The translations under genes and the position numbers were made by a program. A stretch of 64,000 nucleotides of DNA, taken from the NCBI RefSeq assembly GCF_033153115.1, contig NW_026889793.1, positions 186,001 through 250,000 on the forward strand. The letters run 5' to 3'. This document shows, one piece after another, positions 50,101-63,187 of this stretch (position 1 is its first letter; each line of letters begins with the position of its first letter). This stretch comes from Saccostrea echinata (Eukaryota). The notes under the pieces were generated by a model, which ran no database searches, was not told the origin of the DNA, and saw only the letters and a program-made list of their open reading frames with translations.

Positions 50101-52621
50101 GCAAAAGCAAATGAAAAAAAAAAAAAAATCACAAAGATTTTATAAAAAAGATCTTTAAATCTTCGGCCAATATATAAATCAAAAGTACAGATTCGTGCAT
50201 AAGGACTCTGTAAAAGTTAAATAAGAAAGTAATACAAAGAAGGTAACAGCTTTTTGAAAATTTTGCAGATATATACATGTAGTAATAAAGAGCAGTGGTT
50301 TTGTGGTGAGTGTGGTATTTATTCGGTAGGGTGTGTTAAAACGAGGTGGACACTAAAAATATATAAACTTACATTTGTCGGTGCGTGTGTTTGGCAGGGC
50401 CGAGGCGCGGGGGTGTGGTGGGTGCATTGGTGGGTTTTAAACCCATAGGCCCTATAATTTGGCATATTCTTTTTTAAAGATATTGCATGGGATGATATAA
50501 AAAAAAATCTGAGGATGCCCCCATCCCCTACTGGTATAGTCCCTAATCTTCTCCGAGTTACGGTCGATCATTTATGATAATGTAGGGAAAAAGTCATGAC
50601 ATTTGTTTTAACAACAATCGGATCTAATTCAAGGCCGAAAATAATAGACATTTGGTTGCCATTAGGAATAGTAAAGATGTATCGTGATCAAAAATAATTA
50701 TTTCTATGTTTAATGATTTTGATATTTAGCCGCTTGCTGTTAAAATGTCGCGAATAAATTTCACTGAATGTTGTTCGAATGAAATATTTGCACATTTTTA
50801 TATTCAAAAAATATATCTTCATTTCAAGATTTTTCTGATTTTTTTGGTTCCGACATTTCAAATAAATGATGAATCAAGGGTAAATCTGTTATTTCTTAAT
50901 TTTGTTTGAAAAAAAAACGAACTTAATGTAATGAAGAAATTGAAGAAACCCTTATCTTCTAGAAAATTTTTACCTGGATATGTCGTAACACGAAAGGTCT
51001 AACTTAAGGCAAACACAAGTTCTTAGGTATTCAAAATTTTGAAAGTTCGTCAGAATACAAATAGTAGCAAGGACAGAAATGATACGATTTTAAATGTTAA
51101 ACAATCATATCTTAAATGTACAAATATCCAATATCAAGCCGCGTATTTAATCATTGAATGAGCTATTAAAGTGACAAGACTGAAGTTTCTTCTTTCTCAT
51201 CCCTTCTGTCCGTTTTTCTGAGGGTGTTAAAAGCGGAAGATATTTTTTTTTCTTCAATCAAAGGGAATTCATAAAAGTCGATAATTTCTATTCAAAAGAA
51301 AAATATTGGACGTCTTGTTTTGTAAGGGCGTGGAAAAAGAGTGTTATATAATTAATCGTCTAGATTTCTTCATTCTGGAGTCTGATTCCGTCTACGGAGT
51401 TCGGAGTATTGTAATTCTTTGTTTCCGATAATCTTTTAGACATTAGATATATATCCAGGCTTGATCACGCGTCTGGTAAGGATTATTAGAATCGACTGCC
51501 GCGGCTTCTCTCCGTCTTTCGTTGCTCAGCACGCGCAGGAGATACATCGGAGTGGAGAGGTCCCCTCCATTCGGGATCCTCTAATGTCGTAGACTGTCCC
51601 TAGGAGGAGGAGGCGCACCGAACGGACTTATGTCTTACAAAGACTGGGTAGGTTTTTTTACATATATATATATTTTTTTTCTATTCATTTTTCTTTTTCG
51701 TTTGCGAGATTTTTTTTTTGCCAAGCTCTTGTTGTTTTCCTCCTCGGCAGGGGTCAAATAAGATATGTTGTTTGTGTACTAGTGTTTTGACTTATGTTTT
51801 TTTTAATCGGATTAGCAAAAGATTAATGCAATTAAGAGGAACAGGAAGGGGAAATATTCCATCTGATATAATTTCCTAGTTTCCTGTTGGTAAGAAAATA
51901 ATACAAATTTTATTATTTGCATAAAAGTGACTTCAGTAGTAAAATTTTGCAAAAATTAATTAAAAGAATTAGAAATTACAAAAAAATATTTTTCTGCTGA
52001 CTTTGGACATTTTACCTTTACGCCCTTCGTTGACCCCAAAGTTGTGGGTCGAAACGACATGATAGCCTTGCTGTTTATGAAGGAGAGATGAAGGGTTTGG
52101 CCATGAGCCTTTATCGTTATGTCAATACTTGTTCTGTGTGAAGTTTATATAAAAGTCAAACCCCTGTCCAAATAGAACAAATTAAGAATTATCTCTGAGA
52201 CTTTTAGGGAGCGGATCATTATTTTTAAATTTATTTTACAAAAATCGTTTTAAAAACTAAAGCATCTCTCTCTCTCTCCCTTGTAATAGATTTTCGATCT
52301 ATCAATGAATGAAAATTAAAAAAAAATACAATTTAAGTGGGTTAATAATCGACATTCTTTAAATATTGAGAGTATAATTATTCATCAATTTCTTTTTGTA
52401 ATCGCTACCCAAATAATGTTTACGCTCTCTTCTTATACAATAGAAATTTCTACACAGAACCAACTGATATCAGAAGTTTCATTGAGTCGTTTAACTGTCA
52501 AAATTTGTATTCCGAAGCTTTGTAAGGATAATTAGTTTCCACAGCAGGAACAAATTGAACTTGTTCAAACTATCAAGGTCTTATGATTGAATTTCTATTG
52601 AGGCCAATGGCAGCCCTGATT

Positions 52622-52622
<1 letters not shown>

Positions 52623-52674
<52 letters not shown>
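52623..52674. repeat. (CT)n microsatellite
   Basis: About 25 CT units. Confidence 0.98.
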
Positions 52675-52679
<5 letters not shown>

Positions 52680-53503
52680 GCATCCATAAGAGCTATATAT
52701 CAAACAAGCACATAATATTTTGTTGGCGTTAATTTGGTCTCAGAAAATTAGGAATAAATCGCTAAAAAAAAAAATAAAATAAAATAAAAAGCAAATCATA
52801 TTTTGTATGTGTTATTTTAATCTCAGAAAATTAGGAATATATTTCTGAAAAAAAAAAAACCCAATAATAACAATAATACAATTAATGCACGTCAAATATT
52901 CCACAGAGATTACCCTCTATTCAGGGTCTTTCACCGTCAATGTATATATATTGCTTATCTGTTGTTACCTCATTACACGACTCTGCCGTTCTGATTTGGT
53001 GATAAGTGAGGAAGACTTTAGTATACATGTAATAAATACCTGTAAATACATATTTTGTGATAAGAAGATCGATTTAATTCAAGTTTCCGTTGAGAAGTGT
53101 ATAGGCATAATTAACATACAGTAATTGAAATCAACCCATACATATGTCATTGTATTTTTATTTAAAAAAGGAGAAAACGTGTCAAAAACATATATTTGCC
53201 TTATCGCAACAGCGTACTGAAACAAAATGTTATTAAGTCATGTCTAGGTAGTTGAACAGTCAGGTCTTCAGTCAGCTTCGCTTTTTCAACTTTATTACTC
53301 CCAAATCAGCTGCATGCTTTGAAATTTTTTTTTTTTTTTTTGAAAAAAATCTCTGCAGTGTTGAATTAGAAATAAAATGTACCGTAAGAACGTTCATTTT
53401 TTATCGCATGCACAGGTTCTGCGCACGCATAAAAATACTACGTCATCACTACTCCCTTGTGTTTGCATAAAAATGATTAAAATTTATTTTTTCACAGTGC
53501 ACC

Positions 53504-53756
53504 ATGCGGGAAAACATGCCAGTAAAACGGACACATCAAATTTTTATACTCCTGTGTCTACATTTCACTATTGTACATTCATACTTTGAGCGTGTGTGTG
53601 ATTCTCGGACCGAGCAGCGGGGACCGGATCCGGAAGGAATATGTGGAGGCATGATACCGGAAATGCTCCATTTGGTATGTGATGGGGAATATTACGTACC
53701 CTCACATGCAAAGCGTGATGTATCATCACGTTCCCATAAACAAGAAAATAATGTCG
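53504..53756 (+). CDS. Molluscan insulin-related peptide, gene B, first coding exon (signal peptide, B chain, start of C peptide)
   Basis: Acceptor TTTTCACAG (53497) and ACCATG. Signal ...QIFILLCLHFTIVHS; B chain YFERVCDSRTEQRGPDPEGICGGMIPEMLHLVCDGEYY; KR site; donor GTAAGT at 53757 (phase 1). Confidence 0.93.
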
Positions 53757-54566
53757 GTAAGTAAAAAGATTTCACTGCATGTACAAACGATTTTCATAAG
53801 AGTCTATGTTAGAAACTGCTTAATATATAAAAATTGAAATCGAGGTCTTTGTAAGCAAATTGCATTGCAGGCAAACTCTTCTTTACACAGGGTAAACGAT
53901 CTCTTTATGATAAGCACGTAATAAAAATATTGCGCAAATGTTGTGATGAATGTACATACAATATACATGTACAGTCAAACTTCCATATATCGAAATGCGG
54001 GAATGTAAATTAAAAGAGTTATATCCAAAAGATCCAGAGAGAATTTTTCATTTAACATAAAGTCAGGACCATCAAACCACTTAACCATTAAACCATTGTT
54101 TAATTTAGGAAAGATTTCACGATGAGGAAAAGTTAAGAAACAATGATTTTATATATAGAAATTAAAATACCTAGTCTTTTACTAGCTTTGTTATTCCTCT
54201 TATTCAAGTACGTACAAGTATTGTTCATATTGACTTTTCATGAATATGTAATATAGCTACCTAATGATTGATCGAAATTAGAGTTGTTTGAAATAAATCT
54301 TTAATTCGAATCTAACACACCCACCCTCCCCGATCAGTCACTAACCCTGATCTTGGACCGGTAGATGGTAGTCTTTCACCGCGCCTTGGCACAAAACCAT
54401 TATTAGTGCTATCACGCTAGCATCTCTTTGTCTTTTAATAAAAGAGACAGAGACCCTTTTCTCATAATGAACTAAAAGGGAGGATAATTGTTAATAAACG
54501 CTAAACATTTTTAGAAATTTTTACCATGAATCATATTTTAAGCTTCATTTCTTTTTTTTATTGCAG

Positions 54567-54820
54567 ATTTCCCACGTTATTCGCCTTTAGAAGGACTAAT
54601 CCTCGGCAAAAGAGAGGCCTCTATGTATTTATCAAGCGAGCACTCCCGAACCAAGCGAAATACCTATACAGGCATTGTGTGCGAATGTTGTTATCACAGT
54701 TGCGATTATTTCGAACTTTTGCAGTATTGCGCAGTTAGGAAAAAGAGAGATACCAAACCCGACTCAATTTCAGCGAATTCTCACAATTCTGGAATAATGG
54801 TTGACAAGTTATCAAAATAG
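54567..54820 (+). CDS. Molluscan insulin-related peptide, gene B, last coding exon (C peptide, A chain, D peptide)
   Basis: Acceptor TTATTGCAG (54566). Reads DFPRYSPLEGLILGKREASMYLSSEHSRTKR-NTYTGIVCECCYHSCDYFELLQYCAV-RKKR-DTKPDSISANSHNSGIMVDKLSK*. Confidence 0.93.
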
Positions 54821-56399
54821 TAACAAATAAACCCGGATGTATTATTTAAACGACATTTATTTTTATAATAGGGCATTTAAAACTTTTAAGATATGCTGAG
54901 AATCTCGTTTTATTTTGCTTATTCTTTTATTTGAGTGATACGTCATTCATGACGGCCATTCTTTAGGTTACATTGTACGATTGAAAACAAAGTGTTTTAT
55001 TATTTTGCTAAGTGTTTGGCGGAGAAGATGTATGGGCGATGGATATCTTCATTGTCTCAGCGATGAATGTCATCAGTTTCATCATTGTCCATTGTTCGCT
55101 TCATGTAAATTTCAGCGTAATTGTATACTGTGCCTTATGTATGAGTTCGTAAGAGAGAGAAAAACAATTGGTCCCATACCGATTTCTATTTAGAATTGTC
55201 AATTTCTTTGTCTTATAAGAGTTGTCGAACTTTATGATTTTGAGTTATCGACCTTTTTCAAATATTTTGGACATTTTTGTTTTGATTAAAACGATTTCAT
55301 GGTCCAGATAACGGGCTGAAAAACATATATAGTAAATGTGAATTTTATTTGTTTTAAATTACTGTTGATATTTTTTTGTTTTACTTGAAAGTTGTGTTGA
55401 CGGTCTGAATAGAAATGGGTGAAACTGTCTCTCTTTGCCACCAACAGTGTACTTCTGGCAAATAAAGCTGGTGTAATCTTGTCTTTGTGTTTTTTTTTTA
55501 TCAAATGATAACATGTAAGAATACTACTCTGATAATATTATGTGGCAAAATAAAAAAAAAACCCTGATATTGGATGAGAGGATTAATTACCCTAAAAAGT
55601 GTTGAGGATATCCGACTTACCATTGAAATTTTAAGTTATTTTTTTTTCTTTTCAAAATTTCAATTTGTAACAATCATAAAATATTGTTCTTTACAAGAAG
55701 TTAAGTTCACAATATATTTTACAGTCACGTGGAAAGAAAATCAAGTAAGTGTCAATTCATTATAAGCGTGTTTTACTTGTAAGAAAACTAATAGTTATTT
55801 TCCAGAATTTTATATTGATTTGAAGTACGTTGTTTTAAAATTGGCGATTGAAATAAATTAATATATTCTCATCTTATTTGATTGTGAAACTTTCCAGTTT
55901 TATTACAAAGAATACGTGCAGAACCTGTCTTATGACTATCTTGATTCTTTGTTTAATAATGAAGTTATAATTACACCTTATTCACACCATTTTAATACTT
56001 GCACCTTATTTCTACATTATCCATTCCTGCCACTCTTTCATTCATCTTATTCATCCCTGCACCTCATTCACTTGTACTGCGTTCTTGAACGTAAGCTATA
56101 TTCAGAAATTTCTGCTAAATTCAAAACTTTCGAAAGAGTGTACTTTCTTTATATCCAAGAGTTTATGAAGTATGAAAGAATGAAGTTTTCAGGTGACAAT
56201 CTACAAGATAACAAATATAAGATACATAGCGTGCTCCAGCAAATGTTCTATCAAGCCCTTTTTTTTGCTCCTCACCAAAATATTAACAGCAGTGAAAGAG
56301 AGACTTCAGGAATACTGTTGTTTACTGATTTTTTTGATTGAAAATTAAAATAAAGGCACGACTATATGTGCGTATTTTAATTTTGAAATAAAAATCACC

Positions 56400-57610
56400 A
56401 AGCGACATGCAGTACTGTACAACAACATATTAAGTGGTTTTAATCAAATGTGGATACTCAAGAACTCTGAGGAACTTTTAGAAAGTTTGAAATCGCAAAA
56501 TTCTACCAAAATCAATAACATCAACTTTACGACTTTTCAACACTTTATACAATCATTCCCCTCGAAAAATTAAAGTCCAGGCTTTTTGACATCACAGACA
56601 ACTGCTTTTTCAATAAAGAAAAAAAAAACAAGCTCGTAGATTTACATACCTTTTCACTGGTCTTTCGCAAAATTACACTTTGTTTTAAAACATTCTAATC
56701 GTACACAAATGCTCCGAAAATGATATTAAAAAGATGTTTGAGCTTCTAATTGACAATATCTAGATATCTATAGGAGATCAAGTCTTCCAACAAACTGTTG
56801 GAAATTCCATGAGTGCAAATGTGTCCCGTTATAACAGACTATTTTGAATTCATATGAAGCAGAATTTATTCAAAAACTTTAACATGAAAAGAAAAAGTCT
56901 CTTGCTTTGGCTTGAATTCGACATTTAGATATATCGACGACGTTTTCTCAATCAACAATATTCATTTTCATTCCTACGTTGATTCGATATATCCCTTTGA
57001 ACTCGAATTAAAAGACACCACAGAGTCTTACACATTTGCTTCATATTTTGATGTTTTACTAGAAAAAGACATAAATGGCAACCCAAAAACAAAACTTTAT
57101 GATATACATGATGACTTTAATTTTTCTATCGTCAACTTCTCTTATTTATGTAGTAATATACCACGGAGTTTATGTCTCCCAGTTGATTCAGTACGCAAGA
57201 GCATGCTCTACCTATGAACGATTTTTAAAACGATGGAAGCTATTGACAAATAAGTTGATGATACAAGGATATCAACCGTCTTGTTTAAAGTCAACATTTT
57301 GGCAAATTCTATGGTCGATACAATTACCTTTTTAGCAAATACAATCTTTCGTTAAGACGAATGTTGACTGACATAATACATATAAATTGGTAGGCCATTA
57401 TACATGTGTATTCACGCTGAATTGTCTACAGATTTTTCTGTTCGCCCGATCTTGGCAGGGGGCACGCGGAGGACGTGAAGGAAATTCTGACTCCGTAGCA
57501 CCTGATACTACATCTGTTATTTTTACAGGTCCGGTTTGCTCTGCTCCCGAGTTTTACTGTTCCAATGGACTTTTAAGCTTGATTGTTGTTCATTTTCTTC
57601 ATATTTCATG
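56400..57610 (+). mobile_element. Decayed Penelope-like copy (RT core to 3' end)
   Basis: NSTFRYIDDVFSINN...KLYDIHDDFNFSIVNF and GVYVSQLIQYARACSTY in shifted frames, then the 3' UTR. Confidence 0.92.
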
Positions 57611-58439
57611 TAAGTACGTAACCAAAAATAGGAGTAAATACTTTGTTGATGTTTGAATCTATTTGACTGCTGCTTTAAATCAAAGTGTGAGCAACTTATA
57701 TGATCAGAAAGTGAATCTACATGTTCATAAATTTATTAATCATTAAAATGACACATATTGGTCACATTTTATTCAGCCGTAACTTGTTTTGAATTTTGTT
57801 TGATTTTTTTTTATTTCTTTGATTACGCTTCCGGTTTTCAACATCTTCGTGTTAAAAGGTCAGTGATTCGTAGTCCGCGTGAAGTGGGACATGTATTCCT
57901 TTAACTCCTTTACATTTTGCGTGGCTGTCGAGATTATCAATGGATTTAATTGGGATCAAGTTGTCCTACTAAGTCGAATTGATATATTGACCATCAAGAT
58001 TTTTTCGAATCTCAGTCAGCTATTGTGTCACGTAATTTATACTCTGAATTCTATTAAAGGAAGCTAGTAGAGAAATTCAATATATCTTATAGCATTAATG
58101 TAATGGAATATTGCAATTTTAACTATCGTAATGCATTTTTTTTCTTGAGGTACAGTCTCTCTTTAATTCTTTCACTTTTTAATGATTATCAGCACCTTGT
58201 TGATATTACGGCGCATTTCCGTATAAATTGGATCATTTATTTTAACAATCGTTGTATAAGTTAGGATAAATAAATAAAAGTTAAATTTATAATTAAGAAA
58301 GGCACCTCAATCGAAGAACTTATTCTTATTGGTATTTAAATTCCATCCAAAACAACAAATTTAAAATATAAACGTGTTCGATTTCTATTGTAAGGTAAGA
58401 TTCTTCAGTCGTTACTTGTTTTAACTCATTCAGAAATCA

Positions 58440-58680
58440 TGGCTGTGAAAGTGGTGGTAATGCTTGTGGTCATAGGTGATATAGATGTAATCGTGTTTGT
58501 GGTCGTTATGGTGATTATAGTTGTGTTATGGTGATGGTAGTGTTAGTGGCTTTGGTGGTAGTGGAAATGCTTTTGGTGATAGTGGTGGTAATAGCTTCGG
58601 TAATGATTGTGGTTATAGTGGTGTAATGGTGTGGTGATGGTAGTGGTAGTGATTATGGTGGTGTTGGTAATGGTTGTGGT
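58440..58680. repeat. Degenerate (GGT/GTG/GAT)n low-complexity tract
   Basis: Trinucleotide periodicity, G/T-rich. Confidence 0.85.
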
Positions 58681-60315
58681 TTCTTTCTTTCTTTCCATCC
58701 ATTCATTTTTTTATTCTTGTGAATTAGTTTGTATATTATATGATTGTAATCTTCCCACCTTCAGTAAAATCTTTGCCGGTCTGTCCAGTGACGGTCTAAT
58801 CTGTAAAGATTAGGTTGAATTTTCTTCTTCATTGTGGACTGAAAAAATCGACCCGGCGGTGTTAAGCGAAAGAAAAAGTTTCACACCTCCAGTAATACAT
58901 AGTAAATTATACATCTCTAACACGATTTAGTGAGAATACAGAGAAAAGATACTTATTTGTAAATAATAAGAAACCCTTATGAAGATTCAAATGTGACAAA
59001 ACAGTTTAGTGAATGTTATATAGAACCCGCAAGAGGAAGCAATCCTGTTTTTCAAGTATGAATAATTCAGACCATACTAATCCAGCGAACTTCTCGATTT
59101 ATAACACAATGTTGCCAGCCAACAATTTACCTAGAGGATTTCGTACATTTACACAATGGACTTTAAACAACCTCACATCATTAAGCAAATACATGCAAAT
59201 TTATGATAAAAACAAGGAAAGAGTATTCTTAATCAATTCAAGCAGCAAATTTACAGTTAAATTACAATGTCCATTTTATTTGAACTCTAATGCAACTTAA
59301 GTTGTCCATGAATGGATTGAAAACGGTTCATAAATCAAAGATTTAATTGGTTTAGAACATGAAATAGCATTTCTGTTATGGACAATTCACTTCCATATAT
59401 TCCGAATGAAAAATACCCCCAAACAACCACCACTGTACTTATGCATAAATAACAAACATTCTGAGAGTATTGCAATATGCAATACTAGTCTCCAACTGAC
59501 AAAGGCATTCTGGTTCCCTTTGAAAATTAAAAAAATACCGTAATTCCGTCAAAAATCATTAAAGAGGAACAAAATGCAAACTTTATAACTCATCAAGATT
59601 GACACACATACCAAAAATCAGCTATATACCTGAAAGCGTTTACCAAAAAATTGCGGAAAACTAGGTTGGACAGGCAGAGGGACAAGAATGACAGACAGAC
59701 GAGGGGAAACCTACAATCCTCTACGGTTTCACTGGTAGGAGACTAATAGAATAAGAAAATATCATTTAACGTTTATTCTAAAGGCATTATTTGTTTTGTG
59801 ATTTAAAAACTATTTGAAAGTTTCTGAAGTCCATTTATTACAATGGATCGATTACTAACTTCATTCATGACAATCAATATTCTTATAACCGTAACAAAAG
59901 TCTATGAAAAAAGTAGAATAGGAAAATACATGTTAAATACACGGAGACATATTATAGGTAATGGTTATATCTGTTTTAGGCATATTGTAGGTAGTAAATC
60001 ACTGTACGTCCTCTTCAACTTTATTATTATATGTAATATATTTGATTTTTGGTGTCTAATTATGATCACATTCTAAAAATAAATAAAGGAAGATAGACAA
60101 TTCCTAACCTTAACAAACAGGAGTTTTGCAATCAATTTCAACAAGTTTATTTTCCATTCCAAATACTAATATCTCAATTTATAAAAAAAAAGTTCATTTA
60201 GAACAAACACACACAAGCATTTAGTCCCCTGTGGATTCTATTAAACAGAATTCTTCAAATTACTAAAACATCGAGGGTCACATAATCTTCGCTGGTTTAT
60301 TAGTTCATACTTTTT

Positions 60316-60547
60316 GTTAGGCCATTATTTTCAAACTGAATAGTCCACAGATTTCTCAGTTAACCTGATCATGACAAGAAGCACATGGCGGGTGTGACTG
60401 GTCGACAAGGGATGCTTACCCCTCCGTGGCACCTGCTCCCGTTTTGATGTTTTTATAGGTTCGTATTTGTTCACCTCCCAATTTGTATTGTTAAGGGACT
60501 TTAAAAGCTGTATCACTGTATAACTGTTTGTTATCTTTATATTTCAT
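60316..60547 (+). mobile_element. 3'-UTR-only copy of the Penelope-like element
   Basis: Starts TGTTAGGCCATTATTT (stop-codon region), contains ATGGCGGGTGTGACTGGTCGACAAGGG, ends GTTATCTTTATATTTCA. Confidence 0.88.
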
Positions 60548-61204
60548 TAATTTCCTATTAATCTAAACGAATATAGTTATATTTTTATTTACTTAAGTAA
60601 ATTAAAGTTACTATTGCAAATCAGCTTTTGTCATTAATTGGGAGAAAATATTGCCAGTTACATGTATATCTCTCTCCAAAAAAGGTCATGGCTTAAGTTT
60701 CATTTTAAATCAGTGTTATTGTAAGGTATGGTAAGAAGGTTTTAGGGAAAATAAAAAAAATATCACAACAAAACAAAGAAAGTAATTTAGCCAAACAAAG
60801 TTAGTATCATAACATATCAAAGAAAGTATCATTAAAGCAAAAAAAAAAAAAATAATAATAATAAAAATAAAGTATCATTAAAGCAAATCATAGAAAGTAT
60901 GAGAGGAAATCAAAGAAAGTTCAGTATCAGAGTATCATAGCAAATCAAAGAGAACTGATGAATTGAAAGTGAAATGTTTTAAAAGTTTTAATTAAATTTT
61001 TTCAAGATATGTACTATATTTTATAACAGTTCAAAACTTTTTGTGCTATAGAGATATAAAAAATAGAAAACAAATGGCTAACAAAAAATCTTTGTAAATA
61101 ATCTACTCCAGTGTGTGGGAAGATAGGCTAGTTGTAATTCAACTCAAATACTTGGAGATAAAAACAAAACCTTTAAAACTTAAAACTCTTTTGAGGAAAA
61201 GCTA

Positions 61205-62290
61205 TTATATGAAAATAACAATTAGGAACCAAGCTCCATTAAAACGATAGAAATTGGGAGCAGAGCAAATACGGACCTCTAAAAATATCAGAGATCAGAT
61301 CAGGTGCTATGGAGGAGTAATCATCCCCTGTCGACTGGTCATGCCTACCTTTAACTGCTTTTCATGGTAGGGTAAACACAAAAACCGTAAACAATTAAGT
61401 GTGAAAATAATGGATTAACAATTTGTATTAAAAAAATCGATCGATATTCGACTTAACGAAAGACTGCATTTACTACAAGGTCATTGTATTGACTATTACG
61501 AAAGAATTTGTGAAATGTTGAGTTTAAACGAGACTGTTAATATCATTTTATCGTCAACTTATTTGTCAATAGCTTGCCTTGTTTTAGAAATCGTTCGTAT
61601 GAAGAACTTGCTCTTGCATATGGAATCAACTGAAAGAGACATAAACTCCATATGCAGGTGACAATTGTATGTTGCAACTCAAATAAGGAAAGTTGACGAT
61701 AGAACAATTGAAGTCATCACGTATAACATAAAGTTTTATTGCTAGTTGTTAGTTTGCCATTAATGTCTTTTTATCTAGTAAAATTTCCAAATATGTAACA
61801 CTGTGTGGTGTCTTTTATTTCCAGTTCAAAGGGATATATCGAATCAACGTAGGAATGAAAATGAACACTGTCAATTGATAAAACATCGTTGATATACTGT
61901 ATCTGTATGTCGAACTGAAGGTCACGGGAACTTCCTCTTTTCATGTAGAAATCTTTTAATAAATTCTGCTTCCTATGAATATAAAAATAGGTATACTGAT
62001 AACGGGGCACAATAAGTATAAATGGATATTCAAGCAGTTCGATGGAAGACTCGTTCTCTAAAATCTACAGAGATATTGTCATTCAGAAACTCAAACGTCA
62101 ACTTCAGAGTACTTCTGTGTTGAATCAGAATGTTTTTAACAAAACAATTTTGCAGATGACCAATGACAAGGTATCTAATTTAACGAGATCCATTTTCCTT
62201 TGAAAAAGCAATATTTTTAATTTGTCAAAAAATCTTAACTTTAATTCATCGTGGGGGAATGGTTGTATAAAGAGGCAAAAAGTCATAAGT
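61205..62290 (-). mobile_element. Decayed Penelope-like copy
   Basis: YINDVLSIDSVHFHSYVDSIYPFELEIKDTT, plus 3'-UTR motifs at 61255-61350. Confidence 0.9.
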
Positions 62291-62955
62291 TTGAGCTATC
62301 ATACAAAACCGTTAATAAACACAATTGATAGACTTGACCATCCCTGTTTACTCACAGGAAGGCGACTTTTAAATACTACCAATGCCGTCAGTATACGCAT
62401 TTTTTTCTGTTTATTGCTTATTTGAACTATAGTGATGTGATTGGAAAGTTTTCTTCTTATTAAAGATGACTTTCCTTTTTTGTTCTAACCAAAATGCACT
62501 TAGATATGAATTACATCGGAAAACGTTATATATTAATTTGCCTTTTTTTGAATATTTCTATCATTTCACTACTTTCCGCATTTGAAGGCATAGTCCCCAG
62601 TCCTGATTTCATTATATTTTACTCCTTTATGAATTTGATACTTTTGCATATATATTATGTATTTAGTGAGATAATGGCACATATTTTGTGCTATCATTTT
62701 GTTCTGATAGAGAGAATTCATTCTCATCAAATAACGACTACATCTATTTCTTATATGTATATACAAATAGATATAACTTACCTTCTTGCAAGTTTTATAT
62801 GTTTTAACTAAATTCAATTTGAAATTTAATAGAATAGTGGATAATTGTGATATTTATTCTGTATTTTTACAAGTTTACAGAATTTTGAGACTAATTTTAA
62901 TTGAAAATATAGAGGCATGCTAAAAAGAACTTTTTTCATATATAATAATATACAT

Positions 62956-63187
62956 ATCACCAAAATACTGAAATAACTACTTGTGTAAAAATCTAACTTG
63001 CTAACATAACATGATTCTTTGGTGAATTAGACGTCGTTAATATCCATCACCAAAATACTGAAATAACTACTTGTGTAAAAATCTAATTTGCTAACATAAC
63101 ATGATTGTTTGGTGAATTAGACGTCGTTAATATCATTACTAAAATACTGAAATAGCCACTTGTGTAAAAATCTAACTTGCTAAATAA
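62956..63187. repeat. ~90-bp tandem repeat, ~2.6 copies
   Basis: ATCACCAAAATACTGAAATAACTACTTGTGTAAAAATCTAA... at 62956, 63046 and ~63133. Confidence 0.95.

Noticed and set aside
18300-53400. A third insulin-like gene between the pair
   Set aside because: No further CC-x3-C-x8-C or CG-x10-C exon was seen in the ORF track or by eye. A short exon could have been missed; tBLASTn would settle it.
55916-56341. 141-aa ORF and other 60-105-aa ORFs
   Set aside because: No recognisable motifs, AT-driven composition, and many non-ATG starts or overlaps with repeats and gaps.
58631-58813. Val-rich membrane-like ORF
   Set aside because: Translation of a degenerate GTG/GGT microsatellite.
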